Source of the DNA: Candidatus Omnitrophota bacterium
GTDB lineage: Bacteria; Omnitrophota; Gorgyraeia; Gygaellales; Profunditerraquicolaceae
Direction of reading: 5' to 3'
Assembly (NCBI GenBank): GCA_011620275.1
Contig: WOZK01000010.1
Span: 5,257 to 69,256 of the forward strand
Length of the DNA stretch: 64,000 nt
Every line of letters starts with the position of its first letter. The stretch's first letter is position 1. The notes under the pieces are model-generated. The model had not been told where the DNA came from and ran no database searches. It saw only the letters and a list, made by a program, of their open reading frames with translations. Of this stretch, positions 8,607-17,110 are shown one piece after another. The position numbers were made by a program, and so were the translations under genes.

Positions 8607-10160
8607 ATGATTATGAAGCGGACTACTCTGTTTTCTTTTTTGCTTATACTGTCGGTCGGGTTAGCATTGCGGCTGTATGGTTTCTTTGAACGTTCCCTGG
8701 GGACGGACGAATCCATAAGCCTTTTTCTTGCCTCCGGGCACGGTATGGATGTCAAGGCTTTTACCGAAAAGGCATCGGCGGCAGGCAATGGTTTCCATTG
8801 TACGGCAAAGGACCTTAAACGTTTCTTCAGGGCGGACCGCGCGCTTTCTTTGGGAGAGTATACCGGCAGTCTGGCGCGGCTTGACCCGCATCCACCGTTG
8901 TATCTTTGGCTTATGTTTTTTTTGATGCGGCTTTTTTCGGACAGCCTGGCGGCGGTCAGGGCTTTTTCGCTGTTGATGGGGCTTCTGTCCGTGTATCTGG
9001 CGTATCTCCTGGCAAAGGAGCTTTTTGATGAGCGGGCCGGGATCTTCGCGGCCGCCTTCTTGAGCGTCTCCGCGCTGGCGGTGCGTTATTCCCAGGAAGC
9101 GCGCTCTTACAGTCTGGTCCTTGCGCTGGGGTTGCTCGCCTGGCTCTTTCTGGCGCGGTTCGAGAAACGCGGCAAACTACCGGACGCCTTGTTCTTTGCC
9201 GTCTTCAACTGCCTGGGTATTTACGCGCATTATTTTTTCGGGTTTCCGGCCTTCGCATTTTTTGTTTATTTTACCTTGCTTTACAGAAGGAATAGCCGCC
9301 TGCTGGACAGGTTCTACGCGGCGTTACTTTTTTCTTTGTTGTGGTTGCTTCCCTGGGGTCTTTTTATGATGGGCCGCGGCTACCGTTTCGACCTGGTGGA
9401 ATGGATCTTCGCTTATCCGGGCGTAATCGATAAGATAGCCGGTTTTTTTAGCGGGATGGGCAGGCTTCTTTTCATCTTCCCCTCTTCTTCCGTTCTCTCA
9501 GCCGCTGGTTCGCTGTTTTTTTTACTATTGATGTTTTACGCCGGGAAAAGGCTTTTGAAGGAATGTCCCCGGCAGTTATTTTTCTGCGTCTGCGTATTAT
9601 TCATACCCTTGCTGGCAATGCTGGCGTTAGATCTCCTGCAGGGCGGGTTGATGCTCAGGCAGGAGCGTTTCTGGATTTTTCCTTTGCTGGGTATGATTCC
9701 GCTTGCCGGATATTCTTTCAGCCGTCTTTTCCGGGAAAAAAGGCCCGCCGTTTATTGTCTGCTTGCCTTGATGCTTCTTTCCTCTTTATTGACGGCCGGC
9801 AGGCAAATAGGTCCGGCGCCCCGGACGCTGTCGGAATGGATTAACGGCGAGTCTAAAGGGAAGACGGCCGCGGTGATAGTATATAACTTCAGGACGGTAA
9901 CCATGCCGCAGTCGTTTTACCTGGACGACGATATCCTGTTGTTCCCGGTCTTGAACGCGGAGCAGTTCATGGCGGCGCTGGAGGCTGGCGTGGGTCCGGC
10001 GGACAATGTTTTCGTGGTCAGACATCTTCATCACGCAGATCCTGCTTTGATGGACGAGCCGTTCATGCGGTCGGAGGTTAAAGAACCCGGTCTGCGGCTT
10101 AAAAGCAGGTTCTTTAGGGATAATATCTACGCGGTTGAATACGTAAAGGGGGCTTTCTGA
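8607..10160 (+). CDS. Integral-membrane glycosyltransferase, family 39/83 (ArnT/PMT-like, uses polyprenyl-phosphate-sugar donors)
   Basis: 517 aa and multi-TM, with an N-terminal block (LRLYGFF...DESISLFLA) and overall architecture typical of ArnT/PMT 4-amino-arabinose/mannosyl transferases. Confidence 0.65.
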   Translation: MIMKRTTLFSFLLILSVGLALRLYGFFERSLGTDESISLFLASGHGMDVKAFTEKASAAGNGFHCTAKDLKRFFRADRALSLGEYTGSLARLDPHPPLYLWLMFFLMRLFSDSLAAVRAFSLLMGLLSVYLAYLLAKELFDERAGIFAAAFLSVSALAVRYSQEARSYSLVLALGLLAWLFLARFEKRGKLPDALFFAVFNCLGIYAHYFFGFPAFAFFVYFTLLYRRNSRLLDRFYAALLFSLLWLLPWGLFMMGRGYRFDLVEWIFAYPGVIDKIAGFFSGMGRLLFIFPSSSVLSAAGSLFFLLLMFYAGKRLLKECPRQLFFCVCVLFIPLLAMLALDLLQGGLMLRQERFWIFPLLGMIPLAGYSFSRLFREKRPAVYCLLALMLLSSLLTAGRQIGPAPRTLSEWINGESKGKTAAVIVYNFRTVTMPQSFYLDDDILLFPVLNAEQFMAALEAGVGPADNVFVVRHLHHADPALMDEPFMRSEVKEPGLRLKSRFFRDNIYAVEYVKGAF

Positions 10161-10165
10161 CGGAC

Positions 10166-10891
10166 ACGAAGCTGATTTCCATAATTATACCTGCTTATAA
10201 CGAAGAACTGCGGATACCGCCTTATCTTCGGCGGTTATCTTCATATTGCGCTTCCGCCGGCGCCGGCCTGCGCTTCGAGATAATCGTGGTGGATGACGGC
10301 AGCAGCGATAATACGGCCGGAGTAGCCGCCGCCTGCCCTGGGGCGCGCGTTATCCGCCTGGAGAAAAACACAGGCAAGGGATACGCTGTGGCCAGGGGGC
10401 TGCTTGAGGCCGCAGGAGAAGTCCGTCTATTCCTGGACGCGGACGGCTCGGTCGCTCCTGAAGAGATCGGCAGGAACCTGCATTATATCTCTGAGGGCGG
10501 TTACTATGTTTTCGCCGGCTCTCGGGTGCTGACAGGCCGGGGATGCCGCCTTAAGGCGAAATGGTACAGAAAAGCGATGGGATGGGTTTTTAATCTTATC
10601 CTGCATGCCGTGCTGCCCTTAAAAGTGCGGGACACGCAGTGCGGTTTCAAGATGTTTCGCGCCGCCGCGGTCGGTCCTTTATTCGGGAACGGCTGCCTTT
10701 GCGGATACGCTTTCGATATCGAGATACTCCTGAAGGCGCAATATGCCGGCTACAGGATCAAAGAAGGGCCTGTTTCCTGGGAGCATATCGGAGGCTCCAA
10801 AGTCGATCTTTTTGCTGATTCGCTGCGTTTGCTGGCGGATATATTCCGGCTTAGGAAGAAGTATGCCGGCCGCAGCCGGGCCGGCTCATAA
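10166..10891 (+). CDS. GT2 polyprenyl-phosphate sugar synthase (ArnC/GtrB/DPM1-like). The start codon is unresolved: ACG at 10166 is only a proposal from SD spacing (the frame contains no ATG, GTG or TTG upstream of 10286), and the exact 5' end is uncertain.
   Basis: ...KLISIIIPAYNEE...EIIVVDDGSSDNT... is the canonical N-terminus of a GT2 family-2 transferase. The frame opens at 10139 right after an in-frame TGA. An AAAGGGGG SD lies 12 nt upstream of ACG 10166. The tracked ORF begins only at GTG 10286, inside the catalytic domain. Confidence 0.55.
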   Translation, partial: TKLISIIIPAYNEELRIPPYLRRLSSYCASAGAGLRFEIIVVDDGSSDNTAGVAAACPGARVIRLEKNTGKGYAVARGLLEAAGEVRLFLDADGSVAPEEIGRNLHYISEGGYYVFAGSRVLTGRGCRLKAKWYRKAMGWVFNLILHAVLPLKVRDTQCGFKMFRAAAVGPLFGNGCLCGYAFDIEILLKAQYAGYRIKEGPVSWEHIGGSKVDLFADSLRLLADIFRLRKKYAGRSRAGS

Positions 10892-10898
10892 AAACAAT

Positions 10899-10926
10899 TT
10901 GTCAAAAGTCCAAATATGTATATAAT
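10899..10926 (+). promoter_or_regulatory. Sigma70-like promoter: TTGTCA, 16-nt spacer, TATAAT
   Basis: TTGTCA at 10899-10904, spacer AAAGTCCAAATATGTA, TATAAT at 10921-10926, placed upstream of the rho-like gene. Confidence 0.5.
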
Positions 10927-10989
10927 AAAGCAATAACATTAAAATTACCTGCGTAAACACATTTCCGCAGTACCGTTAATATCACAAAT

Positions 10990-11958
10990 TTGAGTTATCC
11001 ATCTAATAACAATTATCGTCGTAACGGTCAGCCTGCCCAGCCGCGCAGATTCATTTCGTCAGCCGCTCCGCGCCAGGCTGATGAAAATGAGCGGAAATTC
11101 TTTTCCGGGACAGCCGTCGATCCCTCCCCGCGCATACGCCTGGAGAACGGCAGCAGTGAATTTACCATGCGGGCGATGGATTTGGTGTGTCCCATAGGTA
11201 TGGGACAGCGCGGGTTGATAGTCGCCCCGCCAGGTTCCGGCAAGACCACCTTTTTGAAACATATCTGCCGCGCGGTGGCGCAGAGCTGCCCGGAGATGAA
11301 GCTTTACTGCTTGCTTATAGACGAACGCCCGGAGGAAGTCACGGATATCAGGCGCAACGTCACCGCGGAGGTGCACGCCTCTTCTTCCGACCAGACTTAC
11401 GACAACCATCTGCGTACGGCGGACGAGTTGATGAAGAAAGTGTTCGCTCAAGCGGCCGAAGGCGCCGACATTATGGTTGTGATAGATTCCCTGACCAGGC
11501 TGGCGCGCGTGCACAACGCCGGCAGCGTCTCCAGCGGCAGGACACTCTCCGGAGGGGTGGACGCCAGGGCGCTGGAGGTCCCGCGGCGCATATTCGGGGC
11601 CGCGCGCAAGATCGAGAACGGAGGGTCGCTTTCCATAATGGCGACCATCCTGGTCGATACCGGAAGCCGTATGGATCAGGTGATATTCGAAGAATTCAAG
11701 GGGACCGGTAACATGGAGATAGTTCTTTCCCGGGATATCGCCAACCACCGTATCTTCCCGGCGATAGACATCGCCGCCAGCAACACCCGTAAAAAAGAAC
11801 TTTTGCTTTCTCCCGAAGAACTGGACTCTTCGGATAAGCTGCGGCGTCTTCTGCTCGAGCGTGATCCGCTGGAAAGCGGCAGGGAACTTGTGGAGATGCT
11901 GGGCAAATACCCTTCCAACAGCGAACTGCTCGCCGCTTTAAAAATTAAAAATCAATAA
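10990..11958 (+). CDS. rho: Transcription termination factor Rho, ATPase/RecA-like domain only. It lacks the N-terminal helix bundle and the OB-fold primary RNA-binding domain.
   Basis: Aligns to E. coli Rho from about residue 130 to the C-terminus: SPRIRLENGSSEF..MDLVCPIGMGQRGLIVAPPGSGKTT...GGVDARALEVPRRIFGAARKIENGGSLSIMATILVDTGSRMDQVIFEEFKGTGNMEIVLSR...FPAIDIAASNTRKKELLL. The earliest in-frame start is TTG 10990, and the frame closes at TAA 10954. Only 100 bp separate it from the upstream gene. Confidence 0.8.
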   Translation: MSYPSNNNYRRNGQPAQPRRFISSAAPRQADENERKFFSGTAVDPSPRIRLENGSSEFTMRAMDLVCPIGMGQRGLIVAPPGSGKTTFLKHICRAVAQSCPEMKLYCLLIDERPEEVTDIRRNVTAEVHASSSDQTYDNHLRTADELMKKVFAQAAEGADIMVVIDSLTRLARVHNAGSVSSGRTLSGGVDARALEVPRRIFGAARKIENGGSLSIMATILVDTGSRMDQVIFEEFKGTGNMEIVLSRDIANHRIFPAIDIAASNTRKKELLLSPEELDSSDKLRRLLLERDPLESGRELVEMLGKYPSNSELLAALKIKNQ

Positions 11959-11980
11959 AGGGCGTTTCTTCCGCGATAAA

Positions 11981-12925
11981 ATGTCCGATAGCACTATTTT
12001 GCGATTGCTGGAATCCGCCGCGCGTAGACGGGAAACACTGGCCCGCGCTACCGACGCCTTCCGCCTTGTGGACGGAGCTGGTGACGGGATGGACGGCCTC
12101 GTGATCGAACGTTACGGCCGGCACTTCAGCGCGCAGGTTTTCGACAGGCGCTGGCTATATAAGGGTGATATCCTGACAGCTTTTCTTAAAGAACATTTCG
12201 GCGCGCTGTATTTTATCGTCAAGGATAGGTGCGGACAGGTTTCTCCGGAAGATTTCGGGAAACTGCTTTGGCTGAACGAGGCTCCGGCGGCCACAGTGGT
12301 TCGGGAGAACGGGCTCAATTTCTCGGTTGACCTTGATGACGCGCTCAACTGCGGCCTTTTCCTTGACATGCGCCGCAACAGGGATATAGTTTCCGGATAC
12401 GCCGCCGGCAGGCGGGTGCTGAATTGTTTCGCTTACACCTGTTCGTTCGGCGTTTACTGCCGCGCCAGGGGGGCCCTGGCCGCGGTTAACGTTGACGTAA
12501 GCAGGAAATCGCTTGAACGAGGTAGAGCGAATTATAGATTAAACGGGTTGGAGCCGTCTCGCAATGAGATGATCCGCGCGGACGCCGCCGAATACCTGAA
12601 GCGGGCTCCGGGCAGAAGGAATAGTTTTGGACTGATAATCCTCGATCCTCCTTCTTTCGCCCGCCATGAAGGCGGTGTCTTCAGCGTAAGGAAAGACATG
12701 CCCGGGCTTGTTGCTTCGGCGATAGAGATCCTTGAGCCGGGCGGCTGCTTGTTCGTATCCACCAATCTAAGCGGGATGACGAAGAGCGCTCTGACGGAGA
12801 TGTTCAAAGCCGGTTCCGCAGGGCGTAAGTTTGAACGCCTGGATTCTTCCGGCCAGGATGTGGATTTTACCGGCAGCGGAACCGTCCGGCGTGGCTGTCT
12901 GACGACATTGCTGGCGAGGTTCTAA
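11981..12925 (+). CDS. Class I SAM-dependent rRNA (cytosine) methyltransferase, RlmI/YccW-like
   Basis: LNCFAYTCSFG...LDPPSFARHEGG...LFVSTN motifs of the RlmI/RlmK PUA-MTase family. Confidence 0.7.
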   Translation: MSDSTILRLLESAARRRETLARATDAFRLVDGAGDGMDGLVIERYGRHFSAQVFDRRWLYKGDILTAFLKEHFGALYFIVKDRCGQVSPEDFGKLLWLNEAPAATVVRENGLNFSVDLDDALNCGLFLDMRRNRDIVSGYAAGRRVLNCFAYTCSFGVYCRARGALAAVNVDVSRKSLERGRANYRLNGLEPSRNEMIRADAAEYLKRAPGRRNSFGLIILDPPSFARHEGGVFSVRKDMPGLVASAIEILEPGGCLFVSTNLSGMTKSALTEMFKAGSAGRKFERLDSSGQDVDFTGSGTVRRGCLTTLLARF

Positions 12926-13011
12926 GACGCGAAAAGGGTTGTTCCGGTCTCCTTAACGTCGTATAATTGGGTGTTCCGGGCGTTTAGGAATATTTCGAGG
13001 GTAACAGGCAG

Positions 13012-14736
13012 ATGATCACGCAGATGAATATCCGCAATTTCGGTCTGATCGACGAGCTCTCTCTCGAGTTCGGCGCGGCCTTGAACATTCTCACCGGAGA
13101 GACCGGCGCCGGGAAATCCATAATTATAGACGCTTTGCGTTTCGCCTTGGGGGAGACGCTCGGTCAGTCGCAGATACGCGATACCGCGTTCCCCTGCGCG
13201 GTAGAGGCGGTTTTCGATATCGTGTCCCCGGAATTGAGGGGCAATCCTCTTGTGGCCGAATTTCTCCTCGGGGAAGAAGATCCCCGGTTGATTATATACC
13301 GGGAGCAATCCTCCGACGGCCGTAAAAAGGTGAAGATCAACGGACGCTCCGTTACCGTTTCCCAGCTTAAAGCGCTCGGGAACAACCTGGTGGATTTTCA
13401 CGGCGCGCACGACCACCAATTGATACTTTCCGCCGACGCGCATCTTTCTATCCTGGACCGGCTGATAGATTTCGCTTCACTCAAGGATGAATACCGGGAG
13501 ATATTTTCCAGATACAGGCAGACAGTTTCCGGGCTTGAAGAGATAGCGCTGGCCAGACAGTCCCGCGAGCGCGACCTCGATTTCCTCGGCCACCAGATAA
13601 AAGAGCTGGAGCAGGTCCCTCTTGATCCGACCGTTTACGAAGAGACCCGCAGGAAACAGCTCCAGCTTAACAACGCGGAGAAACTTTTCGAGGAGGTCAA
13701 CGCTTTACTGGCGCTTTTCGAGAATGACGACGGCGGAGTCGGCCGCACACTTTCCGGCGCTTTCGTCCCCATGCGCCGCCTTAACCGCATAGATGCCTCC
13801 ACGGAGGAACTGGCGCGGTCCCTTGAGCGCCTTCAGAACGAGGCGGAGGAGTTTTCCAGCCGGCTCGCTCAATATAAGGACGGTCTTTCTTTCGATCCCG
13901 ACGAGGCAGGCCGGATCAACAGGAATTGCGATATATACGAAGACATCCTCAGAAAATACGGCCCCGGATTCGATGACGCGCAGAGAGTTTATAGTTCCGC
14001 GAAGGAGAAATACGGCCTGCTGGCGGACCTGGAGCATAACGACGCCTCACTACGGGCGGAGTCCGACAGACTGGAAAAGGAACTCCGCGCGGTCGCCGCC
14101 AAGATCACGCGCCTGCGAAAAAAAACCGCTCAGTTCCTGAAAGATACGATCGAAAAAGAACTTTCGGAACTGGGAATAGCCGGCGCTCGTTTTGAATGCC
14201 GGCTGGAGGCGGCGCCCTTGAACGCCGAGGGAGCGGATAGTGCTGTTTTCTATATCAGTCCCAACACGGGTGAGGCGCTTAAACCTCTGGCTGAGATAGT
14301 CTCTTCCGGAGAGGCGGCCAGGCTGATGCTCGCGCTCAAAAAGGCCCTGACAAAAGTGGACACCGTGCCGGTCTTGATTTTCGACGAGATAGACGCGCAG
14401 ATCGGTGGGAGGCTGGGCACGGTTACCGGACGGAAATTAAAAGAGCTTTCTTCCGACCGCCAGGTCATATTAATCACGCACCTGCCGCAGATAGCCTCTT
14501 TCGCGAACAGGCATTTTAAGGTATCCAAGAAGGTCGCCGGCGGACGGACATTTACGGAGGTCTGCCTGCTGGACCGCGATGCCAGCGTGCGCGAGATGGC
14601 CAAGATGATGAGCGGGGAAAAGGAAAGCCGCATTTCCCTGGAGCACGCGCGGGACATGGCGGCCGAAGCGGGGAAAGAGCGCGGGGACGAGGGGAAAAGT
14701 CAGAAGCAGGAGATAGACAAGAAGAGCGGGAGATGA
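13012..14736 (+). CDS. recN: DNA repair protein RecN
   Basis: MITQMNIRNFGLIDELSLEFGAALNILTGETGAGKSIIIDAL (Walker A), a long coiled-coil middle region, and a C-terminal ...LIFDEIDAQIGG... signature. Confidence 0.93.
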   Translation: MITQMNIRNFGLIDELSLEFGAALNILTGETGAGKSIIIDALRFALGETLGQSQIRDTAFPCAVEAVFDIVSPELRGNPLVAEFLLGEEDPRLIIYREQSSDGRKKVKINGRSVTVSQLKALGNNLVDFHGAHDHQLILSADAHLSILDRLIDFASLKDEYREIFSRYRQTVSGLEEIALARQSRERDLDFLGHQIKELEQVPLDPTVYEETRRKQLQLNNAEKLFEEVNALLALFENDDGGVGRTLSGAFVPMRRLNRIDASTEELARSLERLQNEAEEFSSRLAQYKDGLSFDPDEAGRINRNCDIYEDILRKYGPGFDDAQRVYSSAKEKYGLLADLEHNDASLRAESDRLEKELRAVAAKITRLRKKTAQFLKDTIEKELSELGIAGARFECRLEAAPLNAEGADSAVFYISPNTGEALKPLAEIVSSGEAARLMLALKKALTKVDTVPVLIFDEIDAQIGGRLGTVTGRKLKELSSDRQVILITHLPQIASFANRHFKVSKKVAGGRTFTEVCLLDRDASVREMAKMMSGEKESRISLEHARDMAAEAGKERGDEGKSQKQEIDKKSGR

Positions 14737-14807
14737 AAGGAAAAACGCGAAAAGATAAATAGTGTCCTTAAGCATTTTTTCCGTTTTCTCGGGAGACCTG
14801 GAGAAAA

Positions 14808-15632
14808 ATGAGCGAAACCGTTTTTGATGAGCATACCGGTATCGTGTACCGCAGATGGGCGGCCGCGGAGCCGCGCGCGGCGCTTTTGCTGGTACACGGG
14901 CTGGGATCTTACGGCGGCAGATGGAGTTTTCTCGTTGAGTTCTTGCTGAAAGTGGGTATCTCTTCTTACGCCATAGACCTGCGTGGTTTCGGAGAAACGC
15001 CCGGACTTAAAGGCCACGTCGATTCTTTCGGCGTTTATTACGAAGACATAAAGAGTTTGCGCGGTATCATCGCCAAGGATTGCCCGGGGAAGAAGATATT
15101 CCTCTGCGGCGAAAGCATGGGCGGGCTGATTTCTTTTACGTCCGCCTGCCTGGCTCCCGGCCTGTTCGACGGGCTGATCTGTCTGGCTCCGTCTTTCAGG
15201 AACAGGTTGAAGGTGAAATACACGGATTACTTAAGGATGTTTTTCTTCCGTGTGTTCGCCCCGCGAAAACAGATGCTCCTGCCTTTTACCGCGCAGATGT
15301 GCACGCGCGACTCCGCTTATCAGAAGGTGATGGAGTCCGACAAGCGCGAGATCAAGGTGGCCACCCCGGTGCTTTTGACCAATATACTGCTTGCCGAGGT
15401 GCGCGCGGGCGCGCTCAGTGGAAAACTCTCCTGCCCGGTTCTCTTTCAGGTCCCGCTCGACCTGGACAATTTCGTCGACCCGGAAGGGACTAGAAATATA
15501 TTCCGCGCTTTGAGGATTCCGGACAAGAGGATCATTTTTTATCCGCTGATGCTGCATTCCCTTTCCGTAGACCTGGGCAGGGAAGAGGTGTTTAACGATA
15601 TTCTGGACTGGCTCAATGGGAGGATAAGATGA
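14808..15632 (+). CDS. Alpha/beta-hydrolase (lysophospholipase/monoacylglycerol-lipase-like)
   Basis: HGLGSYGGRW..., the GESMGG nucleophile elbow, and a C-terminal His motif. Its stop overlaps the glpK start. Confidence 0.7.
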   Translation: MSETVFDEHTGIVYRRWAAAEPRAALLLVHGLGSYGGRWSFLVEFLLKVGISSYAIDLRGFGETPGLKGHVDSFGVYYEDIKSLRGIIAKDCPGKKIFLCGESMGGLISFTSACLAPGLFDGLICLAPSFRNRLKVKYTDYLRMFFFRVFAPRKQMLLPFTAQMCTRDSAYQKVMESDKREIKVATPVLLTNILLAEVRAGALSGKLSCPVLFQVPLDLDNFVDPEGTRNIFRALRIPDKRIIFYPLMLHSLSVDLGREEVFNDILDWLNGRIR

Positions 15633-17110
15633 GGTATGTTCTGGCCGTAGACCAGGGGACAACCGGGAGCCGCGCGGTATTATACGATAAAAACGGACGC
15701 AGGAAAGCCTCGGCTTACGAGGAGTTCAGGCAGTATTTCCCGCGCCCCGGCTGGGTGGAACACGACCCGCTGGAGATCTGGCGCAGCGTGGACAATTCCA
15801 TACAGAAGGTTCTTAAACAGGCGCCGGGCGCGGAGATCGCGGCAGTCGGCATCACCAATCAGCGCGAGACCACCGTCGTCTGGGACAGGGAGACCGGAAG
15901 GCCTGTGTATAACGCCATAGTTTGGCAGTGCCGGCGCACGGCGCGGCGCTGTCGGGAGTTGAAGAGGCGCGGAGGCGCCGCGCAATTCTTTTCCGGCAGG
16001 ACCGGTCTGCCTATAGACGCTTATTTCTCAGCCAGCAAGATCGAATGGATACTGAAGAATGTCCCCGGTGCTTCGGCCAAAGCCAGGCAAGGAAGGCTGT
16101 TTTTCGGCACCACCGACAGCTGGGTGCTTTGGAAACTCAGCGCCGGAGGCGCGCACGCCACGGATTTCACCAACGCTTCGCGCACCATGCTTTTTAACAT
16201 AGAAAAGATGAAATGGGACGCCGACATATTGAAGGAATTCGGCATACCGCCCGCGCTCCTGCCGGAGGTGAGGCGGTCGAGCGGTGAATTCGCGCGCACT
16301 GTCCGCCGCGGCAGGCTGGCCTCCGGCATACCGGTTTGCGGCATCGCCGGCGACCAGCAGGCTGCTTTGTTCGGGCAGGCGTGTTTCAGTCCGGGAACTC
16401 TCAAGAATACTTATGGAACCGGATGTTTTATGCTTTTGAACGCCGGCAAGAATAGGCCGGTATCAAAACACGGGTTGATCACTACCCTGGCCTGCGGGGA
16501 GGGCGGCGGCCCGGTCTACGCCCTGGAAGGAGCGGTTTTTATCGCCGGAGCGGCGATACAATGGCTGCGCGACGGCTTGAAGCTGTTGAAGTCTTCATCT
16601 GAGTCGGAAGGGATGGCGCGGTCGCTGAAAGATAATCAGGGGGTATATTTCGTTCCGGCCCTGACCGGTCTGGGGGCCCCTTACTGGGATCCCGACGCCA
16701 GGGGCGCGGTTTACGGGATAACCCGCGGCACAAAGGCGCAGCATCTGTCCAGGGCGGCGCTGGAGGCGATATGCTATCAGAGCAGAGATGTCCTCTCGGC
16801 GATACAGAAGGACTCCGGATTTAAGGTAAAGAGTTTGAAGGTGGACGGCGGCGCTGCCGCCAACGATTTTCTCTGCCAGTTCCAGGCGGACATACTGGGT
16901 ATCGAGGTGATCAGACCTAAGGTAATAGAAAGCACTTCCCTGGGGGCCGCCTATCTGGCCGGACTTGCCTGCGGCTACTGGAAAAGCACGGCTGAGATTG
17001 AAAGGCATTGGGAGAGGGAGAGGGTATTCAGGCCGCGTATGGAGAGGCGCGAGGCTGCGGCTTACTACAAGGGATGGCTTGAGGCGGTGCGAAGAACGCT
17101 CACCAGATGA
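15629..17110 (+). CDS. glpK: Glycerol kinase
   Basis: MRYVLAVDQGTTGSRAVLYD... with full-length similarity to the FGGY family GlpK (GITNQRETTVVWD, GTGCF..N). Confidence 0.93.
   Translation: MRYVLAVDQGTTGSRAVLYDKNGRRKASAYEEFRQYFPRPGWVEHDPLEIWRSVDNSIQKVLKQAPGAEIAAVGITNQRETTVVWDRETGRPVYNAIVWQCRRTARRCRELKRRGGAAQFFSGRTGLPIDAYFSASKIEWILKNVPGASAKARQGRLFFGTTDSWVLWKLSAGGAHATDFTNASRTMLFNIEKMKWDADILKEFGIPPALLPEVRRSSGEFARTVRRGRLASGIPVCGIAGDQQAALFGQACFSPGTLKNTYGTGCFMLLNAGKNRPVSKHGLITTLACGEGGGPVYALEGAVFIAGAAIQWLRDGLKLLKSSSESEGMARSLKDNQGVYFVPALTGLGAPYWDPDARGAVYGITRGTKAQHLSRAALEAICYQSRDVLSAIQKDSGFKVKSLKVDGGAAANDFLCQFQADILGIEVIRPKVIESTSLGAAYLAGLACGYWKSTAEIERHWERERVFRPRMERREAAAYYKGWLEAVRRTLTR

Noticed and set aside
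12922-13443. 173-aa minus-strand ORF overlapping the rlmI-like 3' end and the recN start
   Set aside because: Antisense to the strongly conserved RecN N-terminal Walker A region. No RBS and no recognisable domain.
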